64,000 nucleotides of DNA from Thecamonas trahens ATCC 50062. Taxonomy: Eukaryota; Protista; Apusomonadida. The stretch lies in contig NW_013657610.1 in NCBI RefSeq assembly GCF_000142905.1, forward strand, positions 1-64,000. The letters are read 5' to 3'. This document shows, piece after piece, positions 1 to 11,400 of the stretch (its first letter is position 1; the number at the start of each line of letters is the position of its first letter). Position numbers and translations under genes: made by a program. Under the pieces are notes generated by a model, which worked only from the letters and a program-made list of their open reading frames with translations, was not told where the DNA came from and did not search any database.

Positions 1-1485
1 GCGAGGTCAGCCGGCCAGCTCTTCTTTGCTGGGCGTCGTGCTACCTCCACCTGACAGCGACGTACCTTGCCAACCCCACCCATGTCCCTCGCTCGTTGTC
101 CTCATCGCCGCCGCCCGCGCACGCACCCTCGCTCACGCCCCGCGGCCGCAATCTGATCTCTGCCATCGAGGAGTTGCGCATGCCGACTGCCACCGACCCC
201 ACCCTCGCTCGCAGCCGAGTGCTGCTGACACCAGCCCCATCGTCCTCCTCGCCGACGTTACCGCTGGCATGACGACTGCCACGCCATTCACGGGCTGGGC
301 AAACAACAAGCCGACCACGCTCCGTCCACCACAGCCGCGCTGCAGCCTGGACACCACCGCCCTGGTGGTCGATGCAACGTCGTCGTTCTTCCTCAAGAGC
401 GCGCTGCGGTTCCAGCTCGCCATCAAGCTAACAGCGGAAGCAACAAAGCCCTGCCCTTCTTCGCCCAGACGAATGGGACATCCGGTTGCTCGACGACAGC
501 GAGCACATGCCATCACCCCTCCACAGACTCGTCGTCGCCAGATCGCGCACACTCTGACCACATCCATGCTTCAGTCGGACCCCAGCCATTCCCTCTCCCA
601 TCGCTACACCCGAGCCACACATGCCGCGCCAGCTCCCAGCAAACGAGCACACGGCCCACACACACACGCGTGTGCTGGACATCCTCTCCAGCTCGATCTA
701 CCACCCCATCCTCGCATCGGCCTCCAATCGCCTCCTCAGCCACCCATCCGACGCCCCCCCAAGCCCGACGAACGATCCCGATCCGATGGGCCTCATCACC
801 ATCTTTGACGCCCCTTCCCAAATCAAACGACCGCAGATCCGTCGTCGGTGAGCTGGCTGCCATGAACCCCCACTGTGCACTCAACAAAGCTGATGCCCGC
901 ATTCCATCGCCATCTCAACTTGCATACGACTGCCCGATCGCTCCCTCACCCTCCCTCGCCCTAGCTACTCTGAACACAAGCCCCCACAGACACAGCCNNN
1001 NNNNNNNNNNNNNNNNNNNNNNNNNNNNNNNNNNNNNNNNNNNNNNNNNNNNNNNNNNNNNNNNNNNNNNNNNNNNNNNNNNNNNNNNNNNNNNNNNCAT
1101 GGCCATCAGCCCGATCCCATCTTCCATGACGCAGACAGCACCACCCTTTCACACCACTCTCTACCGCTATCCGTTGGATGAAGGCTCTAACAATACTAAC
1201 AATCAAAAAGCCAGGCGCAGGCACCGAGCTGCGACGGCATCGCAGCAGGAGTGTCGGTACCGCACGATCACGCCAGCATCGTCGCTCTCCCCCTTGCCGA
1301 CAATCGTGTCCATCCGTCCGCCGTGCCTCGCAGAAGACCAACTCTGACGTCGTCGCCATCGGCTTCACTCACCAAAGTCGTCATCAGCCGCCACATCGCC
1401 CGCGACAACCTCATCAGCTGCGCCCGCGGCGCTCACGCTCGTCGTCAACAGCGCCGTCAAACTCAGCAACGGGCTCATTCTCCGA

Positions 1486-2817
1486 TCATGCGCACCAACC
1501 ACCCTGGCACATCGACGCTCTGTCACAACTCCACGCCCGCCGTGGCCTCGTCCATCTCATCCGCGTCTGCCGATCGCTACGTCCTCGTCGAGGCTCGCCT
1601 TGGCGGCAGCTGCTCGGCCCGGATCGCCTCGATTTGGTCACCGCGCTGACTCGCAAGCGCGTAGCCACTGCACCGAGCCCAACAGCCCCGTGCGACTTGG
1701 TCGGCTGTAGATCGGGTCGGAGGGGGGTCGCAGTTGGGGCTGAGAAGAACGGGTGCGGTCGATCGAGCCGGGGTAAGGCTGGGTGCAGCAGTTGATCACC
1801 TCTCCGATGGTGCCGGCTGACATCAGAGTCTGGAACTCCGAGCTCGGCTCCCTGCCACGCCGCCACGGATTCCATCGAACGAGTCGACACGGTCTGCTGC
1901 CTCTCCTGCTTGCCACTTCTCAGCGCTGAAGTGCTTGAGCCGCTCGGCGCCGCATCGTCTACCGAGGCCACTGCCGACACGAACATACGCCAGACGCGCT
2001 CGGTGTCGTCGAGGCCATACAGCAGGTAGATGGCACACAAGATGGCCTCGGCTTGTACATCATAAGAGTCCGAAAGCACAACATCATCCATGCCAGTGGC
2101 CTTGAGATACTGTTGACACGCTTCCCGTGACTCCATGTCCTGCATGGCGCTCATCATCGGACCCACATCCATGGCGCTGTCCTCGAGTGAGAACAGCTGC
2201 ATCCGACTGACCCATAAGGGTGAGCACCGTGTCGCCGATAAATGCCAGCCGCTTGAACGGTGTGTCGTTCTTGTTCGACGCGATGGCCGTGGAAATGACC
2301 GCGTTCAGCCACTCGTAGCTGGCGGGCATGCCCAAGACAGCCACCGTGTCATGAACCCGCTTGCGGACCCCGTGCATCCGCAAGTGCTTGCGGCCCATGG
2401 CACCGCTTGGTCGATGGCGGCACCGCAATCTGTCGATGCCAGGAACTGAACCAAGCTTGTCGCATTGCCCATGACGCAGCTGTTGTCGTCATTGGCATCG
2501 TCGTCCACCGGCACAGCCTCTTTTTACTCGCGCCCAAGGACGGCCCAGAAAGAGGACACATCACCCCTGTCGACAACCTCGAGAGGATACGTCCAAAGGT
2601 GCTTCTTGTTTGACCGGTGCCACCAAAACGTGACCGATCGCGCCTTCTCGAGCTCTGCGCGGCCCTTGAAGCAGCGCATCAGCTCACCCCCGGCGCGAGA
2701 CGCCTTGCCCGACGACTGGTCCTCCTCGACAAACTTGGCGGGCACGATCCACTTCTCGGCAACAGTGGGCCTGCGATTGTAGGCATACTCGTGGTAGTGG
2801 ATGTGGCGGGCTGGGAG
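1486..2817 (-). pseudogene. RNase III-like domain gene, disrupted (pseudogene or low-quality sequence); 5' end runs into a gap
   Basis: Consecutive minus-strand ORF pieces join to give FKRLAFIGDTVLTL (RNase III signature ERLEFLGD-like) ... DVQAEAILCAIYLLYG (second motif DxxEAxxGAxYLD-like). Joining needs read-through of a TAA at 2524-2526, a -1 change near 2402 and a +1 change near 2212 (GGG run). Confidence 0.6.
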
Positions 2818-5042
2818 NNNNNNNNNNNNNNNNNNNNNNNNNNNNNNNNNNNNNNNNNNNNNNNNNNNNNNNNNNNNNNNNNNNNNNNNNNNNNNNNNNN
2901 NNNNNNNNNNNNNNNNNNNNNNNNNNNNNNNNNNNNNNNNNNNNNNNNNNNNNNNNNNNNNNNNNNNNNNNNNNNNNNNNNNNNNNNNNNNNNNNNNNNN
3001 NNNNNNNNNNNNNNNNNNNNNNNNNNNNNNNNNNNNNNNNNNNNNNNNNNNNNNNNNNNNNNNNNNNNNNNNNNNNNNNNNNNNNNNNNNNNNNNNNNNN
3101 NNNNNNNNNNNNNNNNNNNNNNNNNNNNNNNNNNNNNNNNNNNNNNNNNNNNNNNNNNNNNNNNNNNNNNNNNNNNNNNNNNNCGACCCAGTTGGACGGA
3201 GGTGGCGTGGCGAAGTCAAGCCGATGGCAACCTTGGCACCAGCTGGCAGCGGCATGGGATCGCCACTGGCTTCTGTGGTTGTCCGTGTCTGCGAAGTACA
3301 CGTGTTGGCCACGCTCGGATAGTGTGTGAAGGAGACGATGGTCTCGGCAAACTTGATAGCATCCTCGTCGGAAGGGCTGCTGGGGAAGTGGGCGTTGTGC
3401 CAACTCTCGTCTGCGCACACCTGAAGGACGCCCTCCTACCGGGCCTCGATCGCGTAAAAGCATCCAGCTCTGCTTGCTACGCTAACATGCCTTGCCTTGC
3501 CGCCATGGGTACGGAATGGGGACCGATGAACGGGTTGTCGACTTGGCGGAGATCCGTGTAGAAGCGGTGTGTTGTGTGGTAGTCGGTGTCGTAGCTCTGA
3601 ATCGTCCGTCGCCGAAAGAATTTGGTGATCACTGCTCCGCTCCCTCCAGCTTCCCATTCCATCCAAGCATCGACACACACTCATCGGACAGACTGACGGA
3701 TGATGCAGATATCCATCCTCTCCCATCCCATCACCTGCTTGCTGGTCACGAGCCTGCTGTCCAGCAACTGGCCAGTCGATAAAGCCATCCACGCATACAC
3801 CTCAGTCGTGGCCACGCCCCATGACGCACTCGCATCGCAGCGCTCGTCACAACTATGTACTCAGTCCGTGGCCCACATCCCCAGTACCAACCGTCCGATG
3901 ACCATTTACCCCCTCACGTCATGTCGTAGCCATTGCCGCAGGCTCATCGGCGCTCCACCGCGGCCATCGCCCCGATCGCAATCAGCATCATCACAGAGAC
4001 CCCCCCTGCCCACGCCCGCCGCACAGCATCCGCACTTTCCCACAACATGCCGTCCTTCTTACAGGCACACGTCCAGCAGATGTGAAAGTCGCACAACATG
4101 TAGTACCTATCGTCATCGCACCGGTTCTGGTGATTGCCGAGACAGACCACAGGCTCAAGCCGCATGGCGCTCGACCTCATCCATCCTCACGCGGGACACC
4201 AGCTTCGACATCGACCATGATCCCCATCGATNNNNNNNNNNNNNNNNNNNNNNNNNNNNNNNNNNNNNNNNNNNNNNNNNNNNNNNNNNNNNNNNNNNNN
4301 NNNNNNNNNNNNNNNNNNNNNNNNNNNNNNNNNNNNNNNNNNNNNNNNNNNNNNNNNNNNNNNNNNNNNNNNNNNNNNNNNNNNNNNNNNNNNNNNNNNN
4401 NNNNNNNNNNNNNNNNNNNNNNNNNNNNNNNNNNNNNNNNNNNNNNCAGAAGATAGGCAAGACCGAGGCGCAGTGGCCAGCAGACGTTGATCGAGACACC
4501 CACGAGCACAGCAGCGTGTTGGGCATGCCCGCAGAAGTCATCGACAACGTCCGGCGGAGGCACGAGTTGGAGAGAGGCCGACGGAGAGGCATGCCCTGGA
4601 GAGGGAAGAGCGAGACCCTTGCGGAGGTGATCAAGGCAGAGACCCATCCGACGGAGCGGGCGGAAGGGGCGGGCGGTGGCGGGTGGTGGCGGGGCTTCCC
4701 GGCAGAGGGGGCGGGGAAGGGCACGACGTCACAGTGCCGAGATTGACGTCACAGTGCCGGGAGGACCAATGGAGGGTGACGGGGTGGTCTGACGGGGACG
4801 ATGGATGATACGGGACCATGGGCGTGTACAGAAGGTGGTCGGGAGGATAAACAAGTGGGCAATGAGTATGGTGGGGGTGTCTGAGTGGTGGAGGGGGCTG
4901 TGATCCTGCCTGACGCGATCAGAGTCAATTCTTTTGGATGGCTTTGATGTCTGCCGAATGGCTGTGTGAGTGGGTGGGTGGCGGGGGGTATGGGGAAGGT
5001 GGGAAGGGTATATCTCTCTGTCTGACAGAGTGGAGAGGGAGT

Positions 5043-7439
5043 ATGGCTGCGAATGGTGCTGGACGAGTGGTGGACGTGAGGAAGGCGAGGACGGTGGAGG
5101 AGGTGAGGAGGGCTCTGCGGGATGGCGTGGGCGTGGGCGAGGTGAGGGCGAGGATTGGTTTCGTCAACAACAAGTCCTTCACCGACGCCATGGCCATGGT
5201 GGTGGCGGAGATGTGCCCCAACCTCACATCCCTCGACTTGAACGGCTGCTTCAACATCACCGATGCGGCAGTGGTCGCCCTCGCCGGTGGCTGCCCCAAC
5301 CTCACATCCCTCCGCTTGTACAACTGCTCCAACATCACCGATGCGGCAGTGGTCGCCCTCGCCGGTGGCTGCCCCAACCTCACATCCCTCGGCTTGCGCA
5401 ACTGCTCCAACATCACCGATGCGGCAGTGGTCGCCCTCACCGGTGGCTGCCCCAACCTCACATCCCTCTACTTGAACAACTGCTCCAACATCACCGATGC
5501 GGCAGTGGTCGCCCTCGCCGGTGGCTGCCCCAACCTCACATCCCTCGACTTGTGCAACTGCTCCAACATCACCGATGCGGCAGTGGTCGCCCTCACCGGT
5601 GGCTGCCCCAACCTCACATCCCTCCGCTTGGACTACTGCTCCAAGGTTACCCTCGACTTGCGTCGCGCGCGCACTACCATCGCCCAACCAGACTTCCCTG
5701 CATCGCAGCACGCCCATGCATTGCTTGACGTTGCTCAGGCCCATGTGCCCCATCCGGTGCATGCCATAGACCGCTGCAACCTCCTCTCCCTCGGCGCGCT
5801 CAACACGCTGCTTGCCAACGGCGCAGACCTTTACGATCTCGATGATGACAACACGCACGTGTACGTAGCTGCTCCCGCGGAGCGATCTGCAGCGTTCTCA
5901 TCTGCGATGGTCGCCTGGATCCGCGAGCATGGCGACCGCGCCACCGAGCTCGCCAACGCATCAACAGGCCACCGTCGCCCTCTTTGTCTCCTCCGCGCCT
6001 CACCACCTCCGATTCAGCCGACTTCTCTCCGAGTCATCACGCTGGTACAGACTCAAGCTGTTGAACCCACGTTCANNNNNNNNNNNNNNNNNNNNNNNNN
6101 NNNNNNNNNNNNNNNNNNNNNNNNNNNNNNNNNNNNNNNNNNNNNNNNNNNNNNNNNNNNNNNNNNNNNNNNNNNNNNNNNNNNNNNNNNNNNNNNNNNN
6201 NNNNNNNNNNNNNNNNNNNNNNNNNNNNNNNNNNNNNNNNNNNNNNNNNNNNNNNNNNNNNNNNNNNNNNNNNNNNNNNNNNNNNNNNNNNNNNNNNNNN
6301 NNNNNNNNNNNNNNNNNNNNNNNNNNNNNNNNNNNNNNNNNNNNNNNNNNNNNNNNNNNNNNNNNNNNNNNNNNNNNNNNNNNNNNNNNNNNNNNNNNNN
6401 NNNNNNNNNNNNNNNNNNNNNNNNNNNNNNNNNNNNNNNNNNNNNNNNNNNNNNNNNNNNNNNNNNNNNNNNNNNNNNNNNNNNNNNNNNNNNNNNNNNN
6501 NNNNNNNNNNNNNNNNNNNNNNNNNNNNNNNNNNNNNNNNNNNNNNNNNNNNNNNNNNNNNNNNNNNNNNNNNNNNNNNNNNNNNNNNNNNNNNNNNNNN
6601 NNNNNNNNNNNNNNNNNNNNNNNNNNNNNNNNNNNNNNNNNNNNNNNNNNNNNNNNNNNNNNNNNNNNNNNNNNNNNNNNNNNNNNNNNNNNNNNNNNNN
6701 NNNNNNNNNNNNNNNNNNNNNNNNNNNNNNNNNNNNNTTCATGCTGCAGCCGGACAACACGCACGTGTACGTAGCTGCTCCCGCGGAGCGATCTACAGCG
6801 TTCTCATCTGCGATGGTCGCCTGGATCCGCGAGCATGGCGACGGCGCCACCGAGCTCGCCAACGGCATCAACAAGGCCACTCTCGCCCTCTTTGTCGTCC
6901 TCCGCGCCTCACCGACCGTCCCGTTCTCCATCCCTGTCTTTGCCTTCCTCATTCACTCCGGCGCCGACATCAATGCCCTCGAGCCCATCGCTGGTCTCCG
7001 CCCGCTCCACATCGCTGTGCTCTTGTCCAACGTCTTGGCCACCATGGCACTGCTTGCAGCCGGCGCCGATGTGTGGGCACCGAATCACATCGGTGTTCCC
7101 CCGCTCTCCACCGCAGCGATCGAACTCGCCGAGCCGAAGAGTCGGGAGGTCTACAACCTTGTCACAGGAACCATCCCTGTCCCCGCAGCCGTCGACGATT
7201 TTGTCCAAGAGGCCATCGCCGCGGGTGGTGTCGTTGATCGGCCCGCCGCATCTGGCAACCGGCCTCGATCACGCGTTGACGAGCTGGAAGCTGAGCTGTC
7301 TGCGACCAGAGACGAGCTGGCTCTGATGCAGGACAAGCTGACCGTCGCCGAGGGTGATATCCGGGCTCTCCGCGACGACCGCGTCAAGCTCATCCAGCAC
7401 TTTGACGAGGCCGTCGCCAACTTCCAAGCACGCCGCTAG
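5043..7439 (+). CDS. Cysteine-containing LRR (AMN1/FBXL-type) + ankyrin repeat + C-terminal coiled-coil protein; interrupted by an assembly gap
   Basis: 5.5 copies of CPNLTSLxLxxCxNITDAAVVALxGG; ankyrin motifs FLIHSGADINA...GLRPLHIAV...LLAAGADVWAPNHIGVPPL; heptad tail VDELEAELSATRDELALMQDKL. Sequence on both sides of gap 6076-6737 overlaps, so the true length is uncertain. Start codon is inferred. Confidence 0.8.
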   Translation: MAANGAGRVVDVRKARTVEEVRRALRDGVGVGEVRARIGFVNNKSFTDAMAMVVAEMCPNLTSLDLNGCFNITDAAVVALAGGCPNLTSLRLYNCSNITDAAVVALAGGCPNLTSLGLRNCSNITDAAVVALTGGCPNLTSLYLNNCSNITDAAVVALAGGCPNLTSLDLCNCSNITDAAVVALTGGCPNLTSLRLDYCSKVTLDLRRARTTIAQPDFPASQHAHALLDVAQAHVPHPVHAIDRCNLLSLGALNTLLANGADLYDLDDDNTHVYVAAPAERSAAFSSAMVAWIREHGDRATELANASTGHRRPLCLLRASPPPIQPTSLRVITLVQTQAVEPTFXXXXXXXXXXXXXXXXXXXXXXXXXXXXXXXXXXXXXXXXXXXXXXXXXXXXXXXXXXXXXXXXXXXXXXXXXXXXXXXXXXXXXXXXXXXXXXXXXXXXXXXXXXXXXXXXXXXXXXXXXXXXXXXXXXXXXXXXXXXXXXXXXXXXXXXXXXXXXXXXXXXXXXXXXXXXXXXXXXXXXXXXXXXXXXXXXXXXXXXXXXXXXXXXXXXXXXXXXXXXXFMLQPDNTHVYVAAPAERSTAFSSAMVAWIREHGDGATELANGINKATLALFVVLRASPTVPFSIPVFAFLIHSGADINALEPIAGLRPLHIAVLLSNVLATMALLAAGADVWAPNHIGVPPLSTAAIELAEPKSREVYNLVTGTIPVPAAVDDFVQEAIAAGGVVDRPAASGNRPRSRVDELEAELSATRDELALMQDKLTVAEGDIRALRDDRVKLIQHFDEAVANFQARR
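5214..5645 (+). repeat. 78-bp tandem repeat x5.5 encoding LRR units
   Basis: Units start at 5214, 5292, 5370, 5448, 5526 and 5604 (partial), each beginning tgccccaacctcacatccctc. Confidence 0.97.
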
Positions 7440-8488
7440 TCCTACGGCATGAGTGGCGATGCGCCGCGAGGCTTGTCGAGACGTCTCCCGGCGGCGGCGA
7501 CAGCGAGAACACGACGTTGAATTGCTAGCTCGACATGAAGCTCCAGCCCATGTCACCGCTCTCTCTCACTCTCTCGGTGGTCGCTCCTGCCAAACGATAA
7601 CAATCGCTTTTTCCCTCACTCCCGCATGTGCGGCCCACCGCCACCGGCAAGCCCCTGACGACATCCGGCCGACTGGCAGCGATAGCTGCTACCACACCTC
7701 CCACAGGACTCTCTCCGGGACAAACAAGACCACCATGACCGGGTCAAAGGGAAAGGAGGGCATGCTGCCACGGGCAAGCAGCGTACGTATCCCCTCTCTC
7801 CCCTCCTCTCCCCGCACAGATTACACTCGCTAGAGCACCAGTATGATGTGACCCATGTCTATGGCGGTGGTAGCGCAAGTCGCCGCAGGAAACCGTCGTC
7901 CACTTTTTTTCGGCCTCTGCAAACAGCCAACATAGCCATTCCCCCACAGCCCTCCTCCCCTCCTCCCCCCTCATCACCTAGTTGCTGCCATACCATGTAC
8001 TATGTCGCCATGCACTGTTGCTGTTCTGCTGTTTTGCGCCACCCACAGGTGGATGCTGCCTCCTCCTCCCCCCCCCCCGCTCACTGTCGCGACGCGCCAG
8101 TACAACGNNNNNNNNNNNNNNNNNNNNNNNNNNNNNNNNNNNNNNNNNNNNNNNNNNNNNNNNNNNNNNNNNNNNNNNNNNNNNNNNNNNNNNNNNNNNN
8201 NNNNNNNNNNNNNNNNNNNNNNNNNNNNNNNNNNNNNNNNNNNNNNNNNNNNNNNNNNNNNNNNNNNNNNNNNNNNNTTCCCCCCCTTTGTGCTCGGTAG
8301 CAACGGCGGCGTTTTCGTTGGAATCGGGCACACAAACACAAACGAACGTTTTGATGAAGAAGACAAAAAATACTTGCGTCTCTGCCCTCCCCTCCCTCTC
8401 CCTCCCCCCCCTCCCCCCCCCCCCCCCGACCACAATGTTGTGGCGCGCATTAACGAACCATTGTCTGACTTTGCTGTGTCGTGTGCAG

Positions 8489-11400
8489 GACTTGTCTGCT
8501 GAGACCAAGAACTGCATCATTTTCGACACCATCGCCGCTGCGGACAATGCCTGCAGCGATGCCGAGTTCGATGACATCAAGGCAAGTCTGGAGCGCGACT
8601 ACCCGAGCGCATTCACTGCCAACAAAGCCGGCCTGGACGGCCTGGACATGCTGCTGAGCACCATCATGTCGAACGATGAGTCCGTGAGCATGGACGAGGA
8701 GGCCACCTCAAGCCGCACCCCCTCGATCACCGTGGAGTGGCTGCGCGAGGGTTGCTCGGCAACGTCGTCCGTCGCCGACATCCACGCCTCGGCGAGTTGG
8801 CTGATCAAGCTCGAGGGCAAGCCGTTTAACGCGCGGGTCATCTTTGACATCATCGCGGGACAGCGGAGCTACAGCTTGGTCGTCTGCCTCGTCAACAACG
8901 AGAGTGAGGACACGCCCGAGCACGCCTTTACCTGCCGATCGGGCGTCTGGGCTGCGGCGTTGAGCCCCAACTCGGGCCAGATGATGCCCGGTCAGTTTGA
9001 GGCGCCGACGTCGAACGAGCCCGATCCTGATCCCAAGGCCGTCTTCCGCCGCTGCAAGAACTGCAGCAAGTACCGTCTCGTCTCGCAAACCCATGCATTC
9101 ATGAGAGGTGTCTGCGGCCTGGGCTATGAGAGCCAGTGCTCCGACCCGCCGGTCACCTTTATCGCTGCCCTCTTGCTCTCCAACTCGCCAGCGCTTGCCA
9201 GCGCCAACGGCGAGGTGGATGACGACCTGGTGGGACGCGCGCTTGCGCTCGCCAGCGATCGTGCCATCAGCCATGAGCACCTGGAAGCGCTGTCCACGTG
9301 GGCCGGCGGCGAGCTCAACAAGCGGCGGCCGGGCCGGAGGAGCCGCAAGGGCCTCCTTCTCCGGCCGAGCAAGTCGGACGATGTAGTCAACGTCATCCTC
9401 GACATGGCCAAGCTCTTTGCCATCCCGCACGTCGCCGGTGGCACTTACCTCATCACTGCCCGCAATCTCGGCATCTTTGTCTGCGATAGCCTCGGCCTCG
9501 CCAGCAGCAACTTCCGCACGCTCGTCAAGGACACGCTGCAGTGCGCGGTGCCGGCGGCAGGCGGTGCCACACTCTTCCATCTCCTTCAATCAAGCCATGC
9601 GTTCGAGGCGGGGAGGAAGCACCTCTACGATAGCGCGTACAACGACATCGGCGGCATCTTTGGCGCCGCCTTTGTTTCGGGAGACACCGCCGAGTCGTCT
9701 CAGGACATGCGGCAGGTCCTCACCACCATCGAGTTCGAGTCGGACCGCCGAGCCGAAGATCTCAAGTCAAAGGCCAAGCAGTGGTCAAAGCCCCGATCCG
9801 AGACCTACAAGAGCCTGGCGACAAAGCTGGACTTTAGCCAGGCCTTCAACGATCAAGCCGAGTCGTTGATCCTCTTCCACGGCGCCTCGCGTCTCGGCAA
9901 GTCGACCACACAGGACGTCCTGCTCGAGACCTCCATGCCTAGCGCCGCCGATTTTCTGTCTCAAGCCAGCAATGGCGCAGCCGCCGCCTTTGTTTCCGCC
10001 GGAATGGACAAAGACGACGCGGACGTGGCCTTCAACTTTGACTTTCCCGCCGCCGATGCCGAGCAGCTCTGGTGCGCCAAGAAGGAGAGTCGGAGGCACA
10101 CCAATCGCGCCGGCTCGGCTCAAGCGCCGTTCATCCTCCCAACCCGCTGCGCCGTCGGCCACACTACCGTCATAGACATCGAGGTCCGCTACGGCCGCTC
10201 GTTTGAGGTCGTCGTCGAGATGATGTCCAAGGAGGCGATCTTGGAGCTCATCAGCGTCAACTGCGACGACAACGACTGGCTCAAGAGCTTTGTCGCCAAC
10301 GTGATGGGCAAGAAGAAGCCCAAGAGCTTCCGGTCCAAGGACAAGGATAGTCTTGCGGCTGTGAACAAGCTCAAGGAGCTCATCAACGAGTCATCGAGCT
10401 CATCCTCTCCTGCCGATGCTGTTCTCGACTTTCTTGCCGCTCATGGCGCCGACGTGCGCGGTGCCCTCGACCGGAAGATCATCGTCTCTGCCCCAGCCTC
10501 GTCGGAGCCCCACATTGGCCAGGCCATTGTCCGTGCTGTCATCGCCGCCGCAAACCGGACGGACGACCCCAAGGCTGCGCTCGTCGACTCGGATCCAACC
10601 TCGCTCTCGTTCGGCTCGTTCGAGCACCTCCTCAGCGCCATGTGCGGGCTGGATGGCAAGCTGCGCAACTCGGTGCTGGCCAACTTTGTCAGCCGTGTCA
10701 CGGCCTTTCTCCCGGCCTCGATCATCCCCCCGCGCGGCGTGTTGAAGGACACAGCCGGTACCATCTCTGGCAACAGCATCGTCCGGGGTGTCACCGCTTC
10801 TGCCCTCAAGTCGGCCGCCTTTGTCGTCATCCTCCTCGCGGACGGCGAGAACATCGTTGACAACGACAACGCCAGCGGCACGCTTGATCCGTTCTTCGCC
10901 CATGCCAAGCCATGGCTCGCCATCATTAGAGACATCAAGAACGAGCTCGAGAGCGTGAATGGCGACCGCGATGCTGCCATCTCCAAGCTCACGACCATGG
11001 CCACCACCCGCGACGGCTCCACTGTCAACTTTGCGGTGGTCATGCCCATCAAGCCCAGCGACGAGGACGTCATGGTCCTGCACCACAACGATTGCGTCAC
11101 CAACCTCCGCGAAGGCCTGAACGAGCTGTTCTTCAATCAGCTCCAACTCGTCATCCCAGACTCGCTCAAGGAGCACGGTGAGGTTCCCAACGATCTTGGT
11201 GACGCCTTGGAGCTCCTGTCCGAAGCGTTGTCCTCGGAGCGCTGCCTCTCTGTCTCACGCCTCGCCACCATCAAGTACTCGAGCTGGGCGCTGAACAACA
11301 TTTCGCTTGCCGACTTTGGCCAGGCCTCCAGTCACGATGCTGTCGTATTTGCCGATGAGGGCATGATCCGGCCGAGCGTGGATAGCTCGGGCATTGTGGG

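Noticed and set aside
26-1795. Plus-strand ORFs at the left edge
   Set aside because: No recognisable motifs, gap-spanning, and expected by chance at this GC content; a degraded gene cannot be excluded.
3184-4746. ORFs flanking the gaps at 2818-3183 and 4232-4446
   Set aside because: Lengths are inflated by N runs; no family recognised.
5214-5645. CRISPR array or complete DGR
   Set aside because: Units are in-frame LRR codons with no unique spacers; no cas gene, RT or separate template repeat is in the window.
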